Source of the DNA: Toensbergia leucococca
Taxonomy: Eukaryota
Length of the DNA: 45,940 nt
Direction of reading: 5' to 3'
Assembly: GCA_022813965.1 (NCBI GenBank)
Contig: JALDZS010000073.1
Coordinates: forward strand, 62,001-107,940
Part shown: piece after piece, positions 22,866 through 34,081 of the stretch
Layout of the letters: every line of letters begins with the position of its first letter
Position numbering within the stretch: position 1 is the first letter of the stretch
The notes under the pieces: generated by a model
What the model was told of the DNA's origin: nothing
What the model saw: the letters and a program-made list of their open reading frames with translations, nothing else
The model's database searches: none
Program-made: the position numbers and the translations under genes

Positions 22866-24552
22866 ATGTCAGAAAAGAGATTGGATGATTTCATCGCGGG
22901 GACACACAACTCGATGAGTGACTATTATCAAGATGACCAGACGCTACTGTTCTGCGTGGGATTCGATTATGGTTTGGGACTCAATTATGGTTTGGCACAT
23001 CCCCCTGCACATGCGATACTACCGAGGTAAAGTTTTGATTCTCTCTGCTCACTTGGTGTCAATGCTCATCGCTACATAGGTATCTTGGTCAAGAAACTAT
23101 CAAAGTTGTTACGAAGAGATCAGATGGAGCCTTTCACAGCCATTTTCCGTCTGTTTTTGTTGTTCATCAGCAACTGCTTTGTTCTAGGTCAAGGCTCATC
23201 AATGCAAAGCTCAGCAGACCGTATGACAAACAAATCTTAGCAGAAGCTTTGATAGAGGTAGAAATTAGACAGGGAGATTGTGACATATACGCGGGTCGAG
23301 AAAAGTACTCGGTACTACAACACCCTGATGTGCCGTCGGGCTATATACCTTCGTGGATTGTTGAATCTAGTAAGGGTGATATGATTTAAGTGATAAAGTA
23401 GTTGCTTGATCTATTCTACTGACTATGTACAGCATATATAGATCAGACCTTCTTTGTCTCTTAATACTTTCTATCAAACCTATAGAACCTTCTTCTGCAT
23501 TCCGACCTATTCATCTGCAGGTACGCTTCCGTCGGCAGGCGTCAATTGGTTGTATTGAGCGCCTTTCAACATGGATCACCTGTGCAGAACAGTATCGAGA
23601 AGAGCTACAACATCAACCCGAGGAGATGTTGACGGAAGACTCCCAATCAAACAATACTATCACGCTACCAGCTGAGCGTCCGTATATCTTTACTATTTTT
23701 GTGCATTGGCTCTACACGCACGAGTTGATTACCACTAACAACTGCGTGGAACTTGATATGGAAGACATATGTATCTCGGTCTATGCTCTCGCAGAAAGAC
23801 TTGATGTTCCACTTCTACGACAGGAGTGTTACTGCAAGATACGAGAGTGGTATAAGCCTCCGTCTAAATTGCCCAATGCGGAGGCGGTCTGCACAGTCAT
23901 CAATGAATGCTCGGATACATCGATGCTTCGCAAATACTTTGTGCGGCTATTTGCACACGCAGTAATCTCGCAGTCAATTGACGAGAAAGACAATCCGGCT
24001 CTCGATCTTTACCCGGAGTTTTCTGCAGAGGTTGCAAATGAAATCATGTTACGCCTCCGAGCTGGTGGACAGACTCATTCACCCTATGGGGATGAAAATT
24101 TTGAGTCAGATGATTCGGACTCTGATTTCATGTCTTTGGAGTCTGAGTCGATGACTGATTCGGATTGTGCGATGGACACATCAGACGACGAAGATCTTGA
24201 CCCCCTCTTCGCAGACCAGTCTGAAGATAAGGAAAAAGCTACCGTGGATATTGTGGGCATGCCGGTGGTAGGAGAGTTGGCTGAATTAAGACTTGACGAC
24301 AACGGCGTTGGAGAAGAAAAGGCCGTCAAGAGCACCGAAGGACACGATGATAAGCGCGGAGGCAACAGAGGGGAACACACTAGCTCAACTGTGAATAGCC
24401 CACCGGTAAATACACGTTCATGGAATTCTATTGATGAAGTGCTTTTGGCGAAGCGAACACGTGGAGATCCCGGGGTTGATGAAGCTGATAAAGAAAATTG
24501 CGAGGAGGGTCAGAGTGGAGTTCATGTTGTTTGTATGACACAGACAGCTTAG
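22866..24552 (+). CDS. BTB/POZ domain protein with acidic C-terminal tail
   Basis: Exon 22866-23026, intron to 23079, then YLGQETIKVV...FVVHQQLLCSRS (BTB N-half). ITLPAERPYIFTIFVHWLYT and YALAERLDVPLL lie in the 23425-24552 ORF. Splicing between ~23300 and 23590 is uncertain. Confidence 0.7.
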
Positions 24553-24926
24553 TCAGTGTTTAGAACCTCATGTCACCATTTGCGCTAATGTCCTTCTTCC
24601 TCAGGGAGGGCTTTCTCTAAACATCATGATGATTTTATAGTTCAGACAAATTCAGTAGGCAAGAGATTCCTAATTCGATAAGTGGAGAGTCGGCAGCCGT
24701 TTTATTTCAAGAAGTCGGCACATCAAATTATATGAGGGTTTGAGATGAATTTTATCATTTCTGATATAGGTTTCTTGTAGCCAATCCCATGCCCCTGACC
24801 TGGGAGACTAAATAGCGGGTTTTTAGAAGGCTCGGCAAGGTGGTAGATGGAAAACGGGGTTCTCGTTCCGGCTACTCGTACTCATTAGCAGTAGCGGGAT
24901 TAAAATCGACTCAAGCCAACCTTATT

Positions 24927-24951
24927 CTATTACGTAATAGCTAGAACGCGT
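24927..24951 (+). promoter_or_regulatory. 14-bp palindrome (bZIP-type TTACGTAA core) plus MCB box upstream of the Sororin-like gene
   Basis: CTATTACGTAATAG at 24927-24940 and ACGCGT at 24946-24951, about 140-160 bp before ATG 25089. Confidence 0.35.
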
Positions 24952-25088
24952 CCGTTAATCACAACGTCTACGAGTAGTCGTTCGTCACCTCGACACTTCC
25001 ATTTCATAGCTACTCCGTAGCGCCCAATTACTCGGCTCCGTCAAAGGAAATAGTCAATGTCAACAACATCTCCATAGTCATCAGCGCA

Positions 25089-26699
25089 ATGCCTCGCCCA
25101 AAGCGCGCCAAAGTAACACCCTCAGTGCCCACAGCGCGCGTCGCAAAGTCCATTGCAGCCTCAACCGTCAAACAGTCGCAAGACACGTCAACTCCGAAAC
25201 CTCTAAGACGTGGCATAGGTACCAGCGATGATAGCGAAGGCATTGTCACAACAAATGCGATGGGGGTAAATCGCAGGGGCGTCGCAAAGCAGGAGGCTGT
25301 CATGAGCGGGGCACTGGCTCCCGAAGACATTGGCACAGTACGATTTAAACCTCTTACGGGAAGGCAGAGAGCGGCTTTGTCGAAGGTAGCAAGAATCGCC
25401 GACCAGAGTCGAGCGATTGAGGCTTTGAAAGCGCGACGGAATGCGGCTTTGGCAGCGGAGAGGGGAGAGCAAGTTCAGGTCCCATCATCGATACCTGAGA
25501 GACCTGTTGTGGCGGGAAATGCTAGGACAATTGAAAAAGAGACGCTCGAACCAAGTGATATTGAAAATATCCCATCCGAAACAGAATCGGAAACACGAGA
25601 GCCACCACTTCCCAAAACCTACCTACCAGACCTAGCAGCTTTCAAGCGGAGACCCCGCAAGCCAAGCCTCCTCCAGCCAATTCAGCCACAACTCAACTCT
25701 CCCAACCACGACTCGGACCTCGACGACTTCTTCCCAAACGACGAATCCACTCCCTTCGCCCTAAAGCCGCAATCGCACATCCCAGGCACACCTACCCCCC
25801 AATCCTCCTCCTCCTCCAACCGTGTACCCAGTACTCTCTCTCGTAAGCGCAAAATCACGCCCCCAGAAGTCCAAGTCCCAAGTTCCCAATCCCCGCCACC
25901 CCAAACCCCTCCTTCCGCACAAGCATCCCTCCACGAGGAAAAAGAAGCACAACTAGACCTCTACGTCCTCCCAACAGACGATCAAGACAACGAAGCCTCA
26001 CCCCGCTTACCACGCCCTCGGCCCAACCAAACTCTCCCCCCCAACCCTCAAAGCGACACAATGGCCCCCCCCCAAAGTAGCAGCACTCCCTCTCCCCAAA
26101 AACCCGCCCGCACCAAACCCCTCCTCCTCACCAAAAACCCCCGCAAGCAACCACAAAACCCCCAGCCCCTTGCCACGACCCGCACGCGTACCCGCGCCCC
26201 AAAAACACTTTCAACAGCCACCCTCCAAAACCTCCTCCCCAAACGCCGCCAGCGGCCCAACCGCCAAGCTACAGCTTTCTCCCTTCATAGCAGCAGCAGC
26301 GACGCCCACCCCAACACCTCGGACAACGACGCCGACGAATTAAGCTCCCACATCCCCCGCAAGCGAAGCGGTGCTCGCAATGGCCTTCATGCAGGGGACG
26401 CAGCAGCAGGCGGAACCAAACAGAGCGTCAAGAAAGCCAAGGGCGCGGTGCGGACTTATGTGAGGAAGAAGGTCGCTGCGGAAAAGGAGAATGAGGGAGA
26501 GGTGGATGGGAGTTTGGGAGTGCTGTCAGAGGAGGAGACCGCGGCGGATGGGGATGTTGGTGGCGGGAATAAGGTGAGGGATGGGAAGGCGAGGAGGGAG
26601 TTGAAGCGGATGGCGGTGAAGTTTCGGGAGGTGGATGAGTGGGCGTTGGAGTTTGAGGAGGATACCAAGGATAGTAGTAGTCCGTGGGATGCGAGGTGA
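25089..26699 (+). CDS. Disordered protein with Sororin-like C-terminal motif
   Basis: Intronless 536 aa, S/P/Q-rich. RTYVRK (YSR-like), KEN box (26484-26492) and C-terminal ELKRMAVKFREVDEWALEFE. Confidence 0.65.
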   Translation: MPRPKRAKVTPSVPTARVAKSIAASTVKQSQDTSTPKPLRRGIGTSDDSEGIVTTNAMGVNRRGVAKQEAVMSGALAPEDIGTVRFKPLTGRQRAALSKVARIADQSRAIEALKARRNAALAAERGEQVQVPSSIPERPVVAGNARTIEKETLEPSDIENIPSETESETREPPLPKTYLPDLAAFKRRPRKPSLLQPIQPQLNSPNHDSDLDDFFPNDESTPFALKPQSHIPGTPTPQSSSSSNRVPSTLSRKRKITPPEVQVPSSQSPPPQTPPSAQASLHEEKEAQLDLYVLPTDDQDNEASPRLPRPRPNQTLPPNPQSDTMAPPQSSSTPSPQKPARTKPLLLTKNPRKQPQNPQPLATTRTRTRAPKTLSTATLQNLLPKRRQRPNRQATAFSLHSSSSDAHPNTSDNDADELSSHIPRKRSGARNGLHAGDAAAGGTKQSVKKAKGAVRTYVRKKVAAEKENEGEVDGSLGVLSEEETAADGDVGGGNKVRDGKARRELKRMAVKFREVDEWALEFEEDTKDSSSPWDAR

Positions 26700-27039
26700 G
26701 GGGTTTAAGTTGAGAAGAAGTGTCTTTTGGTGGGTGTGCTGCTGATTGCGAGGATGGGTGGCTTTTGCTTTTCAAGGCGTAAATAGGGGTGTCTGGAGCT
26801 CGTTGGGAAAGGGGAGCAGGGTGCTTGATGGATAGCATTGGCACATGTTACTGGAGTGAGGAGAGGGGAGAAGTTTGGCTCGGCTGGTTAGTGAGCTTTG
26901 CTTTAGGTCATGAACGCTATGCTACCACCGTGCTTTTCTAAACTTTTCAGATACTAGGCCTCCCTGAGCTGAGCAAAACCATGTCCCGTAGGTACTGAAT
27001 GCTACAGATTACCGCAGACCAAGACTTAAAAGTGACACT

Positions 27040-28640
27040 CTAGGAAATGTCCATCGAACTCGGCGTCGCCGGCCTGCTGGACTTTTCTCTCTTCAACAGG
27101 CTCACATTCTCTCTCAGCGCCACGTACTCGGAATCCGCATAGCCCAAAACACCCTGAATTTCCGTACTTCGCAGCCCCTTGATGCGCGCTATCTCGGCAG
27201 CCGAATAATTCACCAGCGCTCGGCCTACTTCCACGGGAACGAGCTTCTGCGAGTCTTCTGTACCGACCTTTGGGGTTGAGGAGGAGTAGCTGGGGAGAGA
27301 CGCTGCCGATAACGCGAGGTAGGTGGAGCGCTTGACGACGACGAGGCGGACGGCTTCCTGCTGGGCGAAGTGGCCTTCGACGTCGATGACACCGACTGGG
27401 AGGAGGCCGGCTTTGTCGGCGAGGGCGCGGTGGGCGCCTTCGTCGATGTAGACGGTGCCGTGGGGGGCGAGGCCGTGGAGAAGCCAGAAGGAGCGGTCGC
27501 GGATTGGGTGTGGGTCTGGGAGAAACCGGGTGTGTAAGGGGGGTTTGGGGGGAGTGTCTAGATAGAGGGAGGAAATGGAGCGGGATAGGGGTTGTTGATC
27601 TTCTGCCGGGGTTGGAGGCAGGTTTGGGGATTCGGATTGGGGGTGCTTGAAGGCTTGGGCGTGTTTGATGATGTTGACGATGTTGCCTGGATTTGAGGAG
27701 CGCGCGATGACGGTTGTGACGCCGGCGGAGGTGGCCAGGCGGGCGGCGACGATTTTGGTGGACATGCCGCCCGTGCCGAGGCTAGAGCCGGCGGTGGAGA
27801 CATCGGCGGAGAGGGTGGAAATATCCTCGACTACTTCGATGGGATGGGCGGAGGGGTGGGTGCGGGGGTTTTTGTCGTAGAGGCAATCCACGTCTGTCAT
27901 CAGGAAGAGGTAGTCTGCTTGGACCATGGCGGCGGTGATAGCAGAGAGGGTGTCATTGTCGCCGAATTTGATTTCCTGTGGTTTTTGATTAGTTTCATTT
28001 TAGGGGGGTTGTAGGGGGCGAAGGTTGGAATACTGCGACGGCTAGGGTGTCGTTCTCGTTGACTATAGGGATCACGCCCATGTTCAGGAGCTCGGCGAAC
28101 GTGTTTTGGGCATTGAGATATTGTGTCCGCTGGAAAAATGTCAGTTATGATCATCTTATGGACGTCTTTCTCGCAGCATACATCGGCAATGTCATTTCTC
28201 GTCAGCAGTATCTGGGCCACAGGCTGCCGTAAATGGCCAAACAGGCTGTCCCAAAGACTTATGAGCCGACATTGTCCAACCGCTGCCAAAGCCTACGCTG
28301 AAAGTCAACATGCATGAAAGGCATTTTCATATCAATTGAATGGAATACCTGCATCCTGGGCAAATGCTTCGGCCTCTTCTCAACGTCCATCCTCCGCAGC
28401 CCCACGCCAATGGCACCAGAGGAAACAATAACAACTCGATGGCCATCCTTGTGAAGCTTCACGGCAGTCTCGACAATGAGCGTGAGGATAGAAAGCAAAG
28501 GTTCATGAGTCCTCTCATCAACAATGGAGCTTGTCCCTGAATGGTCCAGAAGTAATCAATTAGTGATGATATTCAAGAGACTTTCCCCAGATATGCGTAC
28601 CAAGCTTAATGACAATGGTGAGATGGCGGTGGCCCTTCAT
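27040..28640 (-). CDS. PRO1: Glutamate 5-kinase with PUA domain
   Basis: Exons 28640-28601, 28536-28349, 28292-28182, 28129-28034, 27975-27040. Motifs [47 protein letters not shown], and a PUA region ([14 protein letters not shown]). Confidence 0.97.
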
Positions 28641-28721
28641 GCTTACCTTTGAGTGAAACATCATCCTAGATCATCAGAGGCGGTAGATATACCCTCTAGC
28701 CTCAATCCATTGATCCTTCAG

Positions 28722-28730
28722 ATGACTCAT
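28722..28730. promoter_or_regulatory. Gcn4/CpcA-type binding site in the PRO1/pepP divergent promoter
   Basis: Perfect ATGACTCAT 82-90 bp upstream of the PRO1 ATG. GC-rich GCCCGCCCCGCCCCCCC at 28824-28840. Confidence 0.6.
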
Positions 28731-28892
28731 ATGCTCCTGTTCTCATGGTTTCCAAACATTTCGAGGCGGAAATTGGCAGGTCTACAAGTGCGAGCGCGGA
28801 TTATTTGGTGGACAAAGGGACAAGCCCGCCCCGCCCCCCCTCACACTAAGAACGGGTACAGCGTCCACGTTCGACATCATTCGACAGCGAGC

Positions 28893-30404
28893 ATGAAATC
28901 AACAGACTCTGTACTTGCGGGCAAATATCCCGCGAAAGCCCATGCTGCGAACATAGCCTCCTATCTCCAGAGAACTCACGCCTCCGCCGCCAATGGTCTG
29001 ATCTATCTTGAGGGCCAAAAAACCCGCATGATAGAAGACAATGACGAGCCACAACCTTTTCGGTGATTATCCTACAGCCATTTGACTCCCACAATGTCTC
29101 TCCTTCTTCTTCCGCTGACTTGCGGCCCAGACAACGCCGCCCCTTCTTTTATTTATCTGGCTGCGCGCTCCCGGACTGCCACCTGACCTACCATATCTCC
29201 ACTTCCCAGCTAACCCTCTTTATCCCGCCATTAGACCCCGATACGGTTATTTGGTCTGGTCTCCCCCTCTCTCCCGCAACCGCTCTCAAAGAATTCGATG
29301 TCGACAAAGTCCTTCCATCCACAGACCTTAAATCCTACCTCCTCGACAATGCCTCCAAAACAAAAGACTCGACCTTCTGGGCAATCGGGACGCAGATTTC
29401 TGATGACGTTGTTGCTCAGCATGACCCTCATAAAAAGGATCTGACCTCACTGAAAGAAGCCATTGAAGAATGCCGAGTTGTGAAAGACGAGTACGAAGTC
29501 GCTTCTGTCCGTAGAGCTAATCTCGTCTCTGCCGAAGCACATAAAGCTGTGTTGCGGAATGTGAAGAAAGTCAGTAATGAGCGAGAGCTCGAGGCGGTAT
29601 TCTTAGAGCGGTGCATCGCCCTCGGGTGCAGGGAGCAGGCGTATCATTCAATTGTGGCATCAGGGACGAACGCGGCGACGTTACACTATCAGAAGAACTA
29701 TGAAAAGTTGGGGACAAGATGGAATCTATTGCTTGATGCGGCCGCAGAATGGGAATGCTATGCAGCGGATATAACGAGGACCTTTCCGATTGGAGGAAAG
29801 TTTAACAAGGAAAGCAGAGGCGTGTACGAGGTCGTACTGAAGATGCAAAAAGAGTGTTTAGACATGCTCAAAGAGAATGTAAGGTGGGAGGATGTGCACA
29901 TGAGGGCGCACGAGGTGGCCATCGAAGGACTTTTGAGCCTAGGAATATTAAAGGGGGCAAAGAAGGATATCTTTGAAAACAGGACCAGTGTGGCATTTTT
30001 CCCGCATGGACTGGGCCATTATTTGGGTATGGATACGCACGATACCGGCGGGCATCCAGACTATGAAGACAAGGATAGTATGTTCCGGTATCTAAGGGTC
30101 AGGGGCAAGCTGCCGGCGGGGAGTATCATAACCGTGGAGCCAGGGGTTTACTTTTGTCGGTTCATCATCGAGCCATATCTGAAAGATCCCAACCATGCCC
30201 AATACATCGACGAGGAGGTTCTGGACCGGTATTGGGATGTAGGTGGCGTGAGGATTGAAGGTAGGGTATTTGCCCCCTGGCCCTCGGAATCTCTTTACTA
30301 ATGTAAAAGCAGATGATATTTTGATCACAAAGGATGGGTATGACAATTTGACGACGGCGCCAAAGGAGATTGACGAGATGGAGAAGATTATTGAAAGTGG
30401 TTAA
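28893..30404 (+). CDS. pepP: Xaa-Pro aminopeptidase / prolidase (M24B)
   Basis: Exons 28893-29062, 29131-30260, 30313-30404. Motifs [66 protein letters not shown]. Confidence 0.95.
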
Positions 30405-30648
30405 GCATCCTTGGGTCTAGGTACCAAAATGAAATCCCAATTCCACAAGGTTCAGAATAAGCCGTCTAATGATTTCTACGTACTTATGCCCCTGAGCTGT
30501 ATTGAAATCCTGAAAAGCAAATCCATACAACCAAAGCTTGCTAAATCCGAAGAACCTCATAGGTAGTACGTTCCAGCCAATCCACCACACAAGTCATCAA
30601 CATCAAGTTCAGCTCTACGCATTGAGACAAAGCTACCAATAATATTTT

Positions 30649-31834
30649 TCATTCCTCAAATCTACCACCAACTATAGCTACATTGCTTGCCTCCAGCTTC
30701 TCCTTCAGGTATTCGTATACTGTAAAGGTAACAGCTTGGCCAGGAGCTACTCTCATTATCCTGGGTGTAATACCTTGGTAGAAAGCACGGTATCCTTCTT
30801 GCTTGAACATACTACTGGCGATCGCTGTTATTCTCGATATCGCCGTTTCCCCTGGTTGCGCGGGAGTCTTCTGTAGCCGTGTTTTTATGGTATCAATGGG
30901 TGCGTTACTCAAAGGTCCCATCGCTCCGCTGACCAGTCCGATGAACATTGTCTGATAGCTGGGTAAGTCTTTGTCATGATACGCCGGCTGTATGTCTTGA
31001 AGGAATGATTTGAACTCGGTGTAGGCGCTGAAGTTTACAGCCTGGTTGGAACCCTGTCGTAGGGCAGTGAGAGATACACCACGATAGATGGCGCCAATCC
31101 CCTCTTCTTTAAGAACAGTATAAAGAGCATGCGCCGCATTGCGGTATTTAGGTATGTCGAGGGGGTCGGCCATTGAATGATGCTGAGCCTGAAGACGAAT
31201 TTTGATCACTTCCATGGGCGTCACCACTGCAACGGCTTCGGTAACTCCAGCAGCAAGACCCGCTTTCTGCACATCAGTATCTACTTTTTGATATTCCCAT
31301 GGGTGATGGCAGTCTTACCGAGAAACGTAGCCTGCCCAGTGACAACTCCTGTCTCCTTATTCGCCAGGAACTGCTTGTACCATTCAAATGATGTAAACCG
31401 TATTGCCATCTTGGGGACGATGCCTGACATGACAGCTCCTAGTCCTTTATATAGAGCCAAAGGTGTCTCTCGTTTGACAATGTCTTTGCCCGTAGTGTAA
31501 AAGCCTCGTCGTTTGACCTGCGCTTTTCTTAATATCTCAATAGACTAAAGGAAGGGACAGAATATACTCCAGGTGCCCGCGCTCGCCGTGAAAGCTGCAT
31601 TCGAACCTTGATGGTGTCTGGCAAAATGTTCAGAAGGATAGTGGCGAGGGGATTGGTTCGGCCATACCTAGAGGATGACAGGCAAGGGCTTCCATCATGC
31701 CGGCGCCACCACCAGCTGTCAAGAACAATTAAAAGCTGTCATTCAATTATGGTGAGTACGACCTTACCTATCAGGTTGGTTGCCGCTGAAGCTGGCTTCT
31801 TCCCTCCAGGACCCTTTACACTCTTTGCTGACAT
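30649..31834 (-). CDS. SFC1: Mitochondrial succinate/fumarate carrier (AcuL/Sfc1-like)
   Basis: Exons 31834-31768, 31715-31668, 31617-31568, 31517-31319, 31262-30649. Three carrier signatures PLDTIKVRMQ, PMEVIKIRLQ, PIDTIKTRLQ, plus PKMAIRF, RQGSNQ and RVAPGQAVTF. Confidence 0.92.
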
Positions 31835-32544
31835 TGTGGACTGATTCAAATTTATACAGAGGCTAAAGAGAATAGAAGTGCCAATTTCCAGAATGCAGGA
31901 AAAGAGGTGCTAGCTCAAGGCAGCCAGGTGCTAAGAATGCTTGTCTGACAGAAGCTCGAAAACCAAGGGTTGAGTTGAGATTGTTCTGTTACTCATTTTG
32001 ATCGACAAAAGCAAAGAAGAATGGTTTGGTCCTATAATGTATGGAATAAGGTAGAAAATAAGGATCTAGCCCCGAAAATGACCGCGGCACGTGGAAGGAG
32101 ATTATTTCTGGAAAGGGACCAGCGGAGACATGAGTAGGTAAATGAAGGGATGAAGATTTGGCATGGTATTTTGGTAGTATCAGAAGAAGCCAGGTTGTAA
32201 TTGTGCAGAGAGGAATGAGACGACCTTTCGAACAGACACTACAGTCACATCAATTGAGTAAAACATCCATTAATGCGAGGTTGCCTCTACCGGCATGTGA
32301 TAGACCCCACCCCCACCACCCCTGGAAGCGAAAATGCGGGGTACTAGCGCTCTCTCCATGCCGACTCTGCCCGTCGTCAGTCACGAATCACTCCGAACTT
32401 CATCTTAGCTCAAAGTCGGAAGTAGCCTCGAGTAGGACTCATAGCACAGATCAAAAAGCTTTCTAGCATTGTACTTCGCTTTAGAAACCAAGCTATCATC
32501 TATTTGTATTTTGAATCGAGATCATGCACCGAGCAATCAAGTCA

Positions 32545-33633
32545 TTACCGTTTGCCTGGCCGCTTGGGTCTTGAGAAGCCTGCTTTTTGTTCTTGTTTGG
32601 CGTGGAATTCTTCTTGAATGGTCGATGCACTGATCTCTGAAGGACTCGAGGCCTCGAGCTATCATGTGAATCAGCGTCACAGTCATGAGGCATGATTTCA
32701 ATCCTACATACCTTCTTCGCGATCTCAAGTCCTGCCTCACCCTCAGCAACGGCCATCGTCCCTGACTTTGAAGACGCGTATAGCATTCGCTCCTTGATTT
32801 TTGACTGTGACGGACAGGTATAAATGAAGACCACCGGCGACTGCTCCTGCCCTTCAAATTCGTGCGAGTATCTGAAGAATGAGTATCGGGGTTCGCTATC
32901 CGAAATGCTGGCAGCTAGCCCGTCGGCGTTTGTTGAGCTCGTACCAGCAAGCTCGATTGTTTCTCTTCTGACATCAATTTTCTGTCCATTGTGAGCTATG
33001 TCTAGGGACCAGTACCACGTAACACACAAGCTGGACGAGATTCTCACTCGCACTCATCAAGCCCTGAAGTGCCCGCCGCGCATCCTCCGACATTGGAAAG
33101 CTGACACCACTACTAACATGGCTACTCCTCGCGCCTGTTCCCCGACTAGCTTCTGCCTCAGCTTTTTTCACGTCCTGTAACGTCTGCTCCTCGTTAGTCA
33201 AGGGAGCTTTCAGTTCACCACTCCTGTCGTGTTTCCTCCATCCTTCGGCCGTAAGTTCCTGCTTCGTAGTGGCAAACAGTGTTTCGCGAAACCTCTCGGT
33301 GCCCAATTCTCGGACCAGCGTCAGCCGTGTAGATGCGAACAACATCTTCTGTCGCACGTTGGCTGTTTCAGGTACGTAAGTGACTGCAACGAAGCCATCT
33401 GGGGCATTTTGATATCGCCGAAGAATTATGTATGCGGCTTCGTTGTCCTTGACGAAATCATCAAGCGATACGAGATCATCGAAGAAGTCATTCGAGGATG
33501 ACGTGACTATATGGATAGGAACCAGTTGCTCGTTCTTGATGCCTGCTATGAGTCCACGTTGGGAGGGGAATGAGGATACGAGGGTGTTGAAGGTATCCTG
33601 AAGCTCTTGCGAGGCTGTGATGCCGGATTGCAT
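32545..33633 (-). CDS. TWF1: Twinfilin (two ADF-H domains)
   Basis: Exons 33633-33028, 32981-32712, 32658-32545. MQSGI, VRQKMLFASTR, PRYSFF, CPSQSKIKERMLYASSK and C-terminal tail FSRPKRPGKR. Confidence 0.95.
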
Positions 33634-34081
33634 TTTGGGAAAGTGAGGGCCAGTCTCGATCAATACCTACACGCACTAGAGTAAATATTTGAGCCGTGTG
33701 GTAACTGGTTGATGGGCCACCGATTGGCGAATGTGGGGTATTCCCACGTGCTACTCCGAACAGATGAATACGAGAGATGTGCAGTCTCAACTCTAAGGGA
33801 AATCAACCCAGATTGCTTGGATGGAATCAAAACAATCAAATTTCGAACCGGGAGTCTTTCCATTTAAACCTCTAAGTCATGCTACAATAATCCGGACCCC
33901 AGAAATAGGCAACCACCACCTTCACACCAACGAATGAGGGAAAAGTTGTATTCTCTGAAGCTATCGCCCTGGAGTTGAAGAAATTATAATCTCAAAGCAC
34001 CGATGCCTCTCATCAATGGCGCCTTCCAAGCATGTTTCAACTCTTTCACAATGAAATGTACTCTAAATGTCCCCTTGATAA

